Below are positions 1-8,967 of a stretch of 64,000 nucleotides of DNA, in pieces. The stretch covers positions 3,882 through 67,881 of the forward strand of contig JBAZJG010000005.1 of the NCBI GenBank assembly GCA_041651455.1, in the 5' to 3' direction. This stretch comes from Candidatus Omnitrophota bacterium. GTDB taxonomy: Bacteria; Omnitrophota; Gorgyraeia; Pluralincolimonadales; Pluralincolimonadaceae. The notes beneath the pieces were generated by a model that saw nothing but the letters and a program-made list of their open reading frames with translations, searched no databases and was not told where the DNA came from. The translations under genes and the position numbers were made by a program. Each line of letters starts with the position of its first letter. Position 1 is the stretch's first letter.

Positions 1-1184
1 TCAGGCCGAACACGCAGAGCGTTTTTGTCAGGGTGTTTGTCAAGGAGCCGGCTCCATCAAGCCGTATAGCATGGCGCGGGACAGGAACAGTGTATCCGCT
101 GGCGTTCCCGCCGCCCACAACGCCGCTTTACTCGGGCAGCAGCAGGCGGATCTATTACTACGATAAGGACGGGAATGACATCAGAAATGCGGATTTGAAC
201 GGAGTCATGGAACCGGAAGTCTATCCTGTGTATGATATAAACGGTAACCCGACATACATATATAACCCTTCGCGCCCGGCCAGCTGGACCCTTGAAAGCA
301 TACCGGCACCCGGAACCTACATCTACTGGCAACCGGAAGCGCCGTTCTGCGGGTGCTGGCTGTTCGCAAAAGGTGTCCAGGATGATACTTGGCCTACGGG
401 GGTCGGAGGGGAGACCTTCACGGCGAGGGGTTTCAAGTCGCTCGTAACGGACAGCCACGGCACGGGTGTTGTAAATACCGAGCCGAAGCCCCTCTATTGC
501 TTCGGTGATGTCAGCGAGATAAGGATGTATTCAAAAATGTATTACTCGCAATTCAATTATTCTGCGGATAAAACATTGGGTATGATTGGTTCAGATAACG
601 GGGCATCAACGTCTTATAGGGCCTGGATTAACGGAAGCATGGGGAGGCTTTCAACTTGGACCCCGACATATCCGGCCGCGAACACGACGATATTCAAATA
701 TGTCGCGAACAATCAGTATCTCGGCTGGGATTGGTCGGATTTCGACAGGGGCCAGTGCACTATTGGCCCTAGCGACTGGGACAAGGCAGGCGCTGTCACG
801 AAGATGCAGACGCACTGGGACAATTTACGCGGGATCCCTGAGAGCGGTTATATAACGTCGACTCCTTTCTACGCGGGATCTTTCGTGAAATGGGGGACGG
901 TTACGTGGTCTCCCCAGACCCAGCCAATGGCAAATACGGCGGTCACCATGTACCTAAGGAAGACATCTACGGCGCTCCCGTCCGCGGATGTCTCGTGGAC
1001 CGCGCTCGCGAACGGCGCGGCGATATCGGGGACGGACCCATGGATTCAGTATAAAGCGGTTCTCTCCACTACAAATATAAGCAGGGACCAGTATGCGGCA
1101 AGTTCAAGGACCCCCGTCCTTGCGGACGTAACGATAACGTATTTGCCCGCGATAAAAATAGAATATTGGAGGGAAGGGCTATGA
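1..1184 (+). CDS. Secreted/cell-surface protein, 5'-partial (C-terminal part of a larger protein running off the window start). It shares the C-terminal ~25-aa tail and a 'WGTxxW' module with the 1038-aa protein at 3437-6553.
   Basis: The frame is open to position 3. There is no signal peptide on the visible part. C-terminus is '...PVLADVTITYLPAIKIEYWREGL' versus '...PVIEDVSITYLPRTQVLYSREF' in ORF 3437-6553. The stop overlaps the next start (ATGA at 1181). Confidence 0.5.
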   Translation, partial: RPNTQSVFVRVFVKEPAPSSRIAWRGTGTVYPLAFPPPTTPLYSGSSRRIYYYDKDGNDIRNADLNGVMEPEVYPVYDINGNPTYIYNPSRPASWTLESIPAPGTYIYWQPEAPFCGCWLFAKGVQDDTWPTGVGGETFTARGFKSLVTDSHGTGVVNTEPKPLYCFGDVSEIRMYSKMYYSQFNYSADKTLGMIGSDNGASTSYRAWINGSMGRLSTWTPTYPAANTTIFKYVANNQYLGWDWSDFDRGQCTIGPSDWDKAGAVTKMQTHWDNLRGIPESGYITSTPFYAGSFVKWGTVTWSPQTQPMANTAVTMYLRKTSTALPSADVSWTALANGAAISGTDPWIQYKAVLSTTNISRDQYAASSRTPVLADVTITYLPAIKIEYWREGL

Positions 1185-2176
1185 CGACGAGGATATTTAT
1201 GGCCGTATTTATAGTTTTTTGCGTGGTGGCTTCGACACGTGCCGACACGGTAGTTCTGCAGAACGGAAGGACACTGGAAGGCAGGATACTTGAACAAACA
1301 GACGACTACATTGAGATAAAACTCGGGTCGGGCAAGATGAAGCTCGGTAAGAAAGACATAAAATCATTCGAGATTAAGGAGCCGGCCGAAGGTTATTCAA
1401 CAGTAGAACTTCCCGATATCGAAGTGATGCCCGAGGAAGCGGCGGTACGGAAGCCGGTTGCTGCGGATATCAAGTTGAAGGCGGAGTATACGAAGGGCAA
1501 GGTCTTCGTGAGCGGCACGAGCTCCTATCCGAACAACACGCCGCTGAGGGTCTATTTTATGCAGGGCGAGAGCGTCGTGATGGTCAAGGAATCCCGCGTC
1601 AAGAGAGGGGAGTTCTATATCGCGTTCGGGCCTTTCGAGAAGGAAATTATGGCGGGCAAGTATTCGGTGCGTGCAGAGGCGACCATAGACGGCTCTAAGG
1701 CCTATTCGGAGCCCTTTGCGCTGGTCATCGGAAGCGGAGAGCGCGTAAAGGTCGACGAGACAAGGGAGAAACAGTACCTGCAGGATAAAGCGCAGGAAGT
1801 GTCGGAACTTTATGCAGAGCTGAACAGGGCGTATGATAACGCAAAGGCCTCTTATGACGGGCGGAAATGGAAGGGGTGGTCGAAGGGATGGCTTGAAAAG
1901 GTAAATTCAGCGGCCGCGGAATTCAACGATGATTCCCGGAAGTACATAGCGTCCGTCCGTCCCGTTTCGCAGAGGAGGCTTCAGTTCTGTTTCCACCAAC
2001 TTCCTCTCCTGCTTCGTGCATATACGATAGAGTTCAATTCAAAGAGCGCAAAATCCCCCGGGCAGGTGCTTCCGGTGCAGGATGCGCAGGCGCTGAGGCA
2101 GTCCTTTGACAGGGCACTGTCCGAGACGGTACAGGACGTATCCGCCGTCGCCGTGGACTTGAACCATACGAGATAA
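1181..2176 (+). CDS. Secreted hypothetical protein with signal peptide. Contains an 'FGPFxKE..G.Y' beta-rich repeat module shared with the next ORF.
   Basis: An RBS-like gggaagggct precedes ATG 1181. N-terminus is 'MTTRIFMAVFIVFCVVASTRADTVVLQNGRTLEGRILEQTDDYIEIKL'. The motif 'YIAFGPFEKEIMAGKYSVRAEA' parallels 'ISFGPFGKELAPGTYTIEAEF' in ORF 2218-3432. Confidence 0.5.
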   Translation: MTTRIFMAVFIVFCVVASTRADTVVLQNGRTLEGRILEQTDDYIEIKLGSGKMKLGKKDIKSFEIKEPAEGYSTVELPDIEVMPEEAAVRKPVAADIKLKAEYTKGKVFVSGTSSYPNNTPLRVYFMQGESVVMVKESRVKRGEFYIAFGPFEKEIMAGKYSVRAEATIDGSKAYSEPFALVIGSGERVKVDETREKQYLQDKAQEVSELYAELNRAYDNAKASYDGRKWKGWSKGWLEKVNSAAAEFNDDSRKYIASVRPVSQRRLQFCFHQLPLLLRAYTIEFNSKSAKSPGQVLPVQDAQALRQSFDRALSETVQDVSAVAVDLNHTR

Positions 2177-2217
2177 TGTGATATATTTATATAGATAGAA
2201 ACGCATCTGACTGTCGG

Positions 2218-3432
2218 GTGGGGGAGTATTCTGTGGGCAAAACGACTTCGTATAAAGCCGTTAGGACTGTAGCATTTCTGACCGGCTTTTTTTGTTTTTT
2301 ATGCCTTGCCCGGGCGGAGGTATTGCCCTCGCCGAAGATCACGATACTGAAAGTCGAGTATAATGTATCAGAAGGGAAGCCTATTATAGAGGTTGAGGGC
2401 GAAACGGACCTTCCGGAAGGCGCAGTGCTTTCGGTCTCCATAAGGAATGGCCCGGAACTTACGGCTTACAAGGATATAAAAGCAGTGCCGGGCAGGTTCA
2501 GCGTAAAACTTGGCCCGCTGGACAAGGAACTTGACGGGGAATACAGCGTGCAGGTCATGCTGGGCCATGAACAGCCGCAGGAGATTATAGACCGCCTTAA
2601 AAGGGACTCTTCGGATCTGTCCCTCAAGAGCATACAGGCGGTATCGCTTTTCAAGGCGGTCGCCGTAAGCCGTGAAAAATCCCCTTACGGGATCGAGGTC
2701 TGGGCATACAACGAGCAGTACGGCAAGCAGGTAATAGTGCATGCGGACGGCAAGACAAGCCTGCCTGACGGCGCGGTCCTTAAGGTATACCTGAAGCGCA
2801 TAGATACTATTATTGTCTTCGGAGAATGCATGGTAGCCGAGGGCTCATTCAGTATTTCGTTCGGGCCTTTCGGAAAAGAGCTGGCGCCGGGGACGTATAC
2901 GATCGAAGCGGAGTTCTTCCCCGACCTGCAGAGGCCCGAGTTCAAGAAGGTTGCCAACAACGAGAAGATACCCGCAGCGAAAAGTTCCTGCGAGGCAGTG
3001 GTAGGAAAGGTCTCGGACGTCTCAAAGGCCGAGAATGCGGCGTGGCAGGAAATCAACTCGGCGGTGATGTCCATCGATGAATTATATTGGGAGTTGAAGG
3101 ATGTCTACGCTCTGTCACAAACGCATTTCGACCCTGCCGCCTGGGACGAATGGTCAGACAGGTGGCGTTTCCACCTTAAGAAGGTAAGCAATAGCCTGAA
3201 AGACGGCACGGGCAGGGACAAGTCCCTGTCGTTGTATCCGGAGGCCGAAAAGGGCCTGCCGCTGGCGGTAAAGTACCTTTCGGAGATATATGTTATAATG
3301 ACCGACACGCTGAAGAACCGCGCCCCGGCAAAAAAGGGGGAGCTCGAAAAGCGCTGTTATGCCCTGGAAAACGAACTGGTAAAGCTTATGAAAAAGATGA
3401 AAGCCGAACTGGCGAACTCGCCGAAGGTGTAA
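2218..3432 (+). CDS. Secreted hypothetical protein, paralogous module to the previous ORF. Alternative start at GTG 2233.
   Basis: Signal-peptide-like 'VAFLTGFFCFLCLARAEV'. Internal duplicated module: 'VKLGPLDKELDGEYSVQVML' and 'ISFGPFGKELAPGTYTIEAEF'. Confidence 0.5.
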   Translation: MGEYSVGKTTSYKAVRTVAFLTGFFCFLCLARAEVLPSPKITILKVEYNVSEGKPIIEVEGETDLPEGAVLSVSIRNGPELTAYKDIKAVPGRFSVKLGPLDKELDGEYSVQVMLGHEQPQEIIDRLKRDSSDLSLKSIQAVSLFKAVAVSREKSPYGIEVWAYNEQYGKQVIVHADGKTSLPDGAVLKVYLKRIDTIIVFGECMVAEGSFSISFGPFGKELAPGTYTIEAEFFPDLQRPEFKKVANNEKIPAAKSSCEAVVGKVSDVSKAENAAWQEINSAVMSIDELYWELKDVYALSQTHFDPAAWDEWSDRWRFHLKKVSNSLKDGTGRDKSLSLYPEAEKGLPLAVKYLSEIYVIMTDTLKNRAPAKKGELEKRCYALENELVKLMKKMKAELANSPKV

Positions 3433-3436
3433 GAGG

Positions 3437-6400
3437 ATGATAAAGAAGGGTGTGGCTATAGTATTTGCGCTCGGTGTCCTGGCGATGCTCTCATTGATCG
3501 GCTCGACGATGGTCCTGTCGGTCATAATGGAGCGGAAGGGGACCGTCAATTCCACCGCAAAGATAAAGGCGAGATATCTCGCCGATGCGGGTGTCGCGCG
3601 GGCTATCGCAGAGCTCAAATACGGCAATCAGGGTGCGCGCAATGATTCGGTCGATACGCTGGCGGAGACGATATTCGCGAGCGGACTGTCCGACAATACG
3701 TTGCTGAACGGCCGCGGCAGCTACAGCGTCACGGTTATCGATTGCGCGAGCCGCATAAACCTCAATGGCGGTAACTGCGACGCGCGCCTGTCTCTGATGC
3801 TCCAGAACCTCAGTACGGTCACTGCGGCGGGGCTTACGGTCGCGGAATGCGATACGATTGCCTCGAGGCGCCCATATGTCTGCATAGAAGAGGTGAAATC
3901 AAGGGCTGGTATATCAAGCACCAAATTCGCAAAAATTGAGAATTTTATCACGGTATTCGGTTATATAGACCCGAAGACCGTGGATCCGCAGAACCTCGCT
4001 TCTCCTTACGTGCTTCAGCCCCGTTCACCCGTCAATGTCAATACCGCTTCGGAGGAGGTCCTCAGGGCGGTGCTTATGGGCATTGAGGCGATCCATTCCT
4101 GCCCCAAGTGCGGCGGCGACGGGTACTACTTTGATGTTCTCGGGAACCATCTCGATTGCCCTTATTGTGATGGGTCGGGTTCGTCGGGCTCAATAACGGG
4201 CAACCTTGTTATAAACTCGACAGAAGCGCAGAACCTCGCACAGTACATTGTGACGCACAGGCCGTACTTGAACTGGGAATCTTTTTATGCTTCTATAAAG
4301 TCGTTCTTCAACAACGGGACGACGTCATCCGACCAGGAAGTGGTCATGGCGAACGCGAACCCGAATACCGGCTTCTCTTGGGTGCGCAACGATGCCTGGG
4401 CATCAAGGCTCGGCTATGTCGGCAAATACGTCATAGATATAAACAAGAACGGGACGGTCGAGGCATCGGATAGGGGCCTTACCAAGAGCACTACGGAATT
4501 TAGTTTCAACTCCGGGGGTTTCTACGAGATAAGGTCTACGGGCGTTTACAGGACGGCAGGCGGAGTTCCGCTGGCCCAGCGCGGTGTCGTGACGATTGTT
4601 AAGCTCTTCGGTACGATCAGGGCGACATCTCAGTCCGATTTCGACGGGGCGGGTAATACGAAGACCAATATCTCGACGTATCCGGAACCGGCAGGCGTGG
4701 GGGTTTCCGCGGCGGCTTATGACGGGCAGATAATGCTCTCGAGGATAAACCGCGCGACTCCGAGCTCGGGCAAATACTTCAGGGCAAATTATAATACTAC
4801 GTTGAATGCCGATGCAGGAGGAGGTAACACTGCCCTGCAGAACCCCCCGAATCCAGGGTCCGGGGTTATAGGCACGAAGCCGAACATAGGCAGTATTGCC
4901 TCATACAGCTCTAGGGGTGAGCTGGTGCCGGACGGGATGCTTGTGGATTCTTACGATGTCGTATGTCCGGACTACCTGCCCTCAAATAATATAACCTATA
5001 ATGCGGGGACGATGGAAGTATGGTTCAAGACGATGTGGAACAGCAACGACACGTTGATGTATAACGATAATTGCAAAGACCGCAAGGTCTATCGCCTCAT
5101 GAGCAGGGACGAGATAACCGGTGCCGGTACGAAGACATGGCCTTTCTCGACTTATGTCTTTTATTCTCAGAATTTCGGAGGAGTACAGAAGGGGTGTTCG
5201 ATAGGCGCCCAGGGTTACGGATACTACCAGAGCGGCAATTGGTCTTATATACCGAACACGCCGGAAGGTTCCGGGGATTATAAGATAGAGTTTTGCAGGA
5301 ATTATGTAGGCACCGAGGCATTGGGGATCTGGAATTCCGGCAAGTGGCGCCATTATGTCATTACATGGAAAGAGCCGCCGAACGGAGGCGCGTGTGACCC
5401 GGCGAATACCGGTAATTGGCCCGGTGTTTATCCGAATGACCTGAAGGTATACATGGACGGTACCGAGAGGAGCGCGGACCAGTATTTCCACCACTTTGAA
5501 TACCTTGACAATACCTCGGCGCAATACCTGATGCTCGGCCATGAATGGTGGGCGGGTTCGGGGTCGGTATCGCATTACGAACGCAACCAGCTGAACGGCG
5601 TAATAGGTTCGGTAAGGATATGGGATACACAGTTGTCCACGGCGCAGATATTGGCCGAATACGGCGCGGGGCTTTTTCAGAAGACCGGGACATATGTCTC
5701 GCCTACACTGGCCGTACCGGCCTCCGACGGCCCGACGGTAGAGTGGGGCACGGCAAGCTGGACAGGCATAGTGCCCAGCAGTGATGAATCGATAACCATG
5801 GGCGTGGATACGAATATCTCAGGGACTTATCACGGCAACTGGACATCTACCGGGACCGGCGAGGCTATTGTCGACGGATCCGGCAACCGGCTCAGGAGCG
5901 GCTCAATACGATTCAGGAGTATTTTAAGTTCCACTAAAGGCACGGCAGCCCAGCCGGACGCGGATATAATGCAGAATTATACCGATCCGACCTTCGAGAC
6001 GCATCCTCCGGGAGCCGGCGGGAATGAAGCGCCGCTTCCTCCGGGGTGGGGCGCCTCCGGAAGCTGGGGCACTTTCCTTTCCACTAAGGGAAGGCCTGTC
6101 CACGGAGGCACGTGGTGCGCCGGAAATTTCGGCAGCGGCAGGACTTTCATAAATATACCGGTCACCGGAGGCAAGTCCTACAAGTTCGTGGGTTACTCAT
6201 ACCTGCCGAGCGACCCGGACACCATAAATTGCTATTATACGATGCGGTTCAACGGGACGGGCGGATATAATAGCGGGGAGGTCTCCATAATGGGGACGCG
6301 GGACGCATGGCTCTATACCCGTATACCCACCAACGGAGGCTGGGTCACAGCGCCGTTGGATGCCACGCAATGTACTATCTCGCTGTGCTCGTGGCATACG

Positions 6401-6553
6401 GGGTCCGGATGGATAGCCGCAAGCTTCGACGACCTTAAGCTTATAGAGCAGGGCGCTACGGTCCTGGTCCCGCTTACGGATACGCCCGTCATAGAGGATG
6501 TCAGCATAACCTACCTGCCCAGGACGCAGGTGTTATACAGCAGGGAATTTTAA
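3437..6553 (+). CDS. Large (1038 aa) GspK/PilX-like minor pseudopilin-type protein with a C4 zinc ribbon and a LamG (concanavalin-like) domain. Candidate pilus/pseudopilus tip adhesin.
   Basis: N-terminus 'MIKKGVAIVFALGVLAMLSLIGSTMVLSV' resembles the GspK/PilX N-terminus. Zinc-ribbon motif 'CPKCGGDGYYFDVLGNHLDCPYCDGSG'. LamG hallmark 'GSVRIWDTQLSTAQILAEYGAG'. C-terminal tail conserved with ORF 1-1184. A terminator follows. Confidence 0.55.
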   Translation: MIKKGVAIVFALGVLAMLSLIGSTMVLSVIMERKGTVNSTAKIKARYLADAGVARAIAELKYGNQGARNDSVDTLAETIFASGLSDNTLLNGRGSYSVTVIDCASRINLNGGNCDARLSLMLQNLSTVTAAGLTVAECDTIASRRPYVCIEEVKSRAGISSTKFAKIENFITVFGYIDPKTVDPQNLASPYVLQPRSPVNVNTASEEVLRAVLMGIEAIHSCPKCGGDGYYFDVLGNHLDCPYCDGSGSSGSITGNLVINSTEAQNLAQYIVTHRPYLNWESFYASIKSFFNNGTTSSDQEVVMANANPNTGFSWVRNDAWASRLGYVGKYVIDINKNGTVEASDRGLTKSTTEFSFNSGGFYEIRSTGVYRTAGGVPLAQRGVVTIVKLFGTIRATSQSDFDGAGNTKTNISTYPEPAGVGVSAAAYDGQIMLSRINRATPSSGKYFRANYNTTLNADAGGGNTALQNPPNPGSGVIGTKPNIGSIASYSSRGELVPDGMLVDSYDVVCPDYLPSNNITYNAGTMEVWFKTMWNSNDTLMYNDNCKDRKVYRLMSRDEITGAGTKTWPFSTYVFYSQNFGGVQKGCSIGAQGYGYYQSGNWSYIPNTPEGSGDYKIEFCRNYVGTEALGIWNSGKWRHYVITWKEPPNGGACDPANTGNWPGVYPNDLKVYMDGTERSADQYFHHFEYLDNTSAQYLMLGHEWWAGSGSVSHYERNQLNGVIGSVRIWDTQLSTAQILAEYGAGLFQKTGTYVSPTLAVPASDGPTVEWGTASWTGIVPSSDESITMGVDTNISGTYHGNWTSTGTGEAIVDGSGNRLRSGSIRFRSILSSTKGTAAQPDADIMQNYTDPTFETHPPGAGGNEAPLPPGWGASGSWGTFLSTKGRPVHGGTWCAGNFGSGRTFINIPVTGGKSYKFVGYSYLPSDPDTINCYYTMRFNGTGGYNSGEVSIMGTRDAWLYTRIPTNGGWVTAPLDATQCTISLCSWHTGSGWIAASFDDLKLIEQGATVLVPLTDTPVIEDVSITYLPRTQVLYSREF

Positions 6554-6566
6554 GTATGTCTTTAAA

Positions 6567-6610
6567 GGCCGGCAGGGTACTTGTTATCCTGGCCGGCCTT
6601 TTTTTGTTTT
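6567..6610 (+). terminator. Rho-independent terminator after the 1038-aa gene.
   Basis: GC-rich inverted repeat aggccggcagg...cctggccggcct followed by the T-tract ttttttgtttt. Confidence 0.6.
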
Positions 6611-6751
6611 CAGCCGTTCCGGAGCGGATGAGATTGTCCCCAGGAAAGATGTCGAATCAATAAAGAAGGAAGCGCTGCCTGAGGGTTATCCCGGGATCCC
6701 GGATAAGGAAGATGAGAAATCTCCCGCCGCGAATTTTAGGGCCATTTTTGC

Positions 6752-6780
6752 TTGACAACATTTTTCGGCGGAGTTATATT
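6752..6780 (+). promoter_or_regulatory. Sigma70-type promoter for the EF-G-like gene.
   Basis: TTGACA (6752-6757), 17-nt spacer, TATATT (6775-6780). RBS aaggaagg lies before ATG 6837. Confidence 0.5.
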
Positions 6781-6836
6781 AACTGATACTTATCTGAAGA
6801 TGGACCTCACCAATAATATATTAAAGGAAGGCTTCC

Positions 6837-8885
6837 ATGGAAAGATACCCCGTTGAGAACATCCGCAACATAATCTTCGTGTCGCACTCCGGTTCGGGCA
6901 AGACCTCGTTGGTCGAGGCGTTGCTCTACGATGCCAAGATGACCACCCGTCTCGGGAAGATCTCGGAAGGCAACACGCATTCCGACTATAACTCCGACGA
7001 AATAGAGCGCAAGATATCCATTAGCTCGAAATTCCTGCACCTCATATGGAAGAATACGAGGGTCCACATACTCGATACGCCCGGTTACGCGGATTTCGTC
7101 GGCGACGTCATATCGCCGATGCGCGCAGCCGACGCGGCCGTGCTGCTGGTAGAGGCGGTCCACGGGATAGAGGTCGGCACCGAGCGCGTATGGGAATTCC
7201 TCGAGCAGAGGGGCCTTCCGCGAATAATATTCATAAACAAGCTGGACAAGGAGAACGCGAATTTCGAGAATACGCTGAACATGATACGCGAGAGGTTCGG
7301 CAGGCAGTGCGTGGCGCTGAACTCGCCTGTCGGCGAGCAGCAGTCGCTGAAATCGGTCGAGAGCGTGCTCGCGAAGGGCGGGAAACTGAAAGAGGACCTG
7401 CTCGATGCAGTCGTGGAGACCGACGATACGCTTACCGAGAAATACCTCGAAGGCAAGGAGCTTTCCGCGGACGAGATAACGAAAGCCCTTAAGTCCGCGT
7501 GCGTATCGGGCAAGATAATACCGGTATTCTGCGGTTCCGCCGTCCAGAACATCGGCGTCCAGGAACTGCTCGACGGCATCACGGGCCTTTTGCCTTCGCC
7601 GGCGGACCGTCCCGCGGTCGAGGGGATAAACCCAAAGACGAAGGAGGCCGTTACGAGAAAACCGTCGGAATCCGAACCGTTCTCGGCTTTCATATTCAAG
7701 GACATATTCGACCCGTATGTAGGGCACCTAACGCTCTTCAGGGTCTACTCCGGCTCGGTGGAGTCGAACACGGGTTTCTATAACTCGTCGAGGGACCTGA
7801 AAGAGAGGATAGGCCAGATATACATCCTGCAGGGCAAGGAACAGGTCCCGGTGCAGAAGGCCGGCGCGGGCGATATCGCGGCGGTCGCGAAGCTCAAGGA
7901 TACGCACAATAACGATACCGTATGCGATGAGAAGAACCCGGTTGTCTTCGAGCCGACCGCCTATCCCGAGCCGTGCATATCGAGCTCGGTAAAGCCGAAG
8001 ACGCGCCAGGACGAAGAGAAGATCATGGGCACGCTCACGCGCCTGGCTTCCGAGGACCCGACGTTCAGGATAAGCCGCGACGAGCAGACGCACGAACTGG
8101 TGATATCCGGCATGGGGGACCTGCATCTCGATGTGATGCTCGACAGGATGAAGAAGCGTTTCGGCGTCGACGTAGAAGTCGGCGTCCCGAAGGTCCCGTA
8201 CAAAGAGACGATAAAGAAGGCCGTAAAGATACAGGGAAAGTTCAAGAGGCAGTCCGGCGGCCGCGGACAGTACGGCGACTGCTGGCTTGAGCTCGAACCC
8301 CTGCCCCACGGGCAGCAGTTCGAGTTCGTGGACAAGGTCGTAGGCGGCGCGATACCGAGGCAGTTCATACCTTCCGTCGAGAAGGGCGTAAAGGAAGCGA
8401 TGACGAAGGGCTTCCTCGCGGGTTATCCTGTCGTCGACGTCAGGGTCACGGTGTTCGACGGCTCGTTCCACGAGGTCGACTCGTCTGATATGGCTTTCCA
8501 GATAGCCGGCTCCATGGCGTTCAAGAACGGCCAGGAGCAGGCGAGCCCGGTCCTGCTCGAGCCGATAATGAGCGTGGAGATAATCGTGCCGAACGATTAC
8601 CTCGGGCAGATAACGGGCGATATCAACTCCCGCCGCGGCAGGATCATGGGCATCGAGGGGAGGGGCAAGCAGGAGTACGTGAAGGCGTCCATACCCCTGT
8701 CCGAGATGTTCAAATACGCCACGGAACTGCGCTCGATGACGGGCGGCCGCGGCTCATATTCGATGAAATTCGACCATTACGAGGAAGTCCCGGCCAAGAT
8801 CACCCAGATCATAGTCGCCAACATGAAGAAGGCGGCTGAGGAAGCTGCCGGGGGCCACGCGGGGCACGGCCACGAGCATAAGTAA
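6837..8885 (+). CDS. Elongation factor G family GTPase paralog (EF-G-like). Switch-II catalytic His is replaced by Tyr. His-rich C-terminal tail.
   Basis: G1 'SHSGSGKTS'. G3 'LDTPGYADF' (canonical is DTPGHVDF). G4 'NKLD'. G5 'CGSAVQNIGVQELLD'. EF-G domain IV/V-like C-terminal half. Tail 'GGHAGHGHEHK'. Confidence 0.8.
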   Translation: MERYPVENIRNIIFVSHSGSGKTSLVEALLYDAKMTTRLGKISEGNTHSDYNSDEIERKISISSKFLHLIWKNTRVHILDTPGYADFVGDVISPMRAADAAVLLVEAVHGIEVGTERVWEFLEQRGLPRIIFINKLDKENANFENTLNMIRERFGRQCVALNSPVGEQQSLKSVESVLAKGGKLKEDLLDAVVETDDTLTEKYLEGKELSADEITKALKSACVSGKIIPVFCGSAVQNIGVQELLDGITGLLPSPADRPAVEGINPKTKEAVTRKPSESEPFSAFIFKDIFDPYVGHLTLFRVYSGSVESNTGFYNSSRDLKERIGQIYILQGKEQVPVQKAGAGDIAAVAKLKDTHNNDTVCDEKNPVVFEPTAYPEPCISSSVKPKTRQDEEKIMGTLTRLASEDPTFRISRDEQTHELVISGMGDLHLDVMLDRMKKRFGVDVEVGVPKVPYKETIKKAVKIQGKFKRQSGGRGQYGDCWLELEPLPHGQQFEFVDKVVGGAIPRQFIPSVEKGVKEAMTKGFLAGYPVVDVRVTVFDGSFHEVDSSDMAFQIAGSMAFKNGQEQASPVLLEPIMSVEIIVPNDYLGQITGDINSRRGRIMGIEGRGKQEYVKASIPLSEMFKYATELRSMTGGRGSYSMKFDHYEEVPAKITQIIVANMKKAAEEAAGGHAGHGHEHK

Positions 8886-8889
8886 ACTA

Positions 8890-8919
8890 TTGCCAATACC
8901 CTCCTAAAAGTGGTATAAT
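8890..8919 (+). promoter_or_regulatory. Sigma70-type promoter upstream of yebC.
   Basis: TTGCCA (8890-8895), 18-nt spacer, TATAAT (8914-8919). Confidence 0.45.
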
Positions 8920-8967
8920 TCCCTATCAAAATCCACAAGACAATCCTAATCGGAGGTATTTTCTGAG

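Noticed and set aside
6611-6751. Small ORFs or a riboswitch in the 280-nt gap upstream of the EF-G-like gene.
   Set aside because: Only a terminator and a promoter are discernible. No conserved riboswitch motifs were recognised by eye.
6807-7727. 306-aa ORF on the minus strand antisense to the EF-G-like gene (also 7085-7705 and 7728-8471 minus ORFs).
   Set aside because: They lie entirely within a strongly supported + strand CDS. Arg/Leu/Ala-rich low-complexity translations are typical of spurious antisense frames in high-GC DNA.
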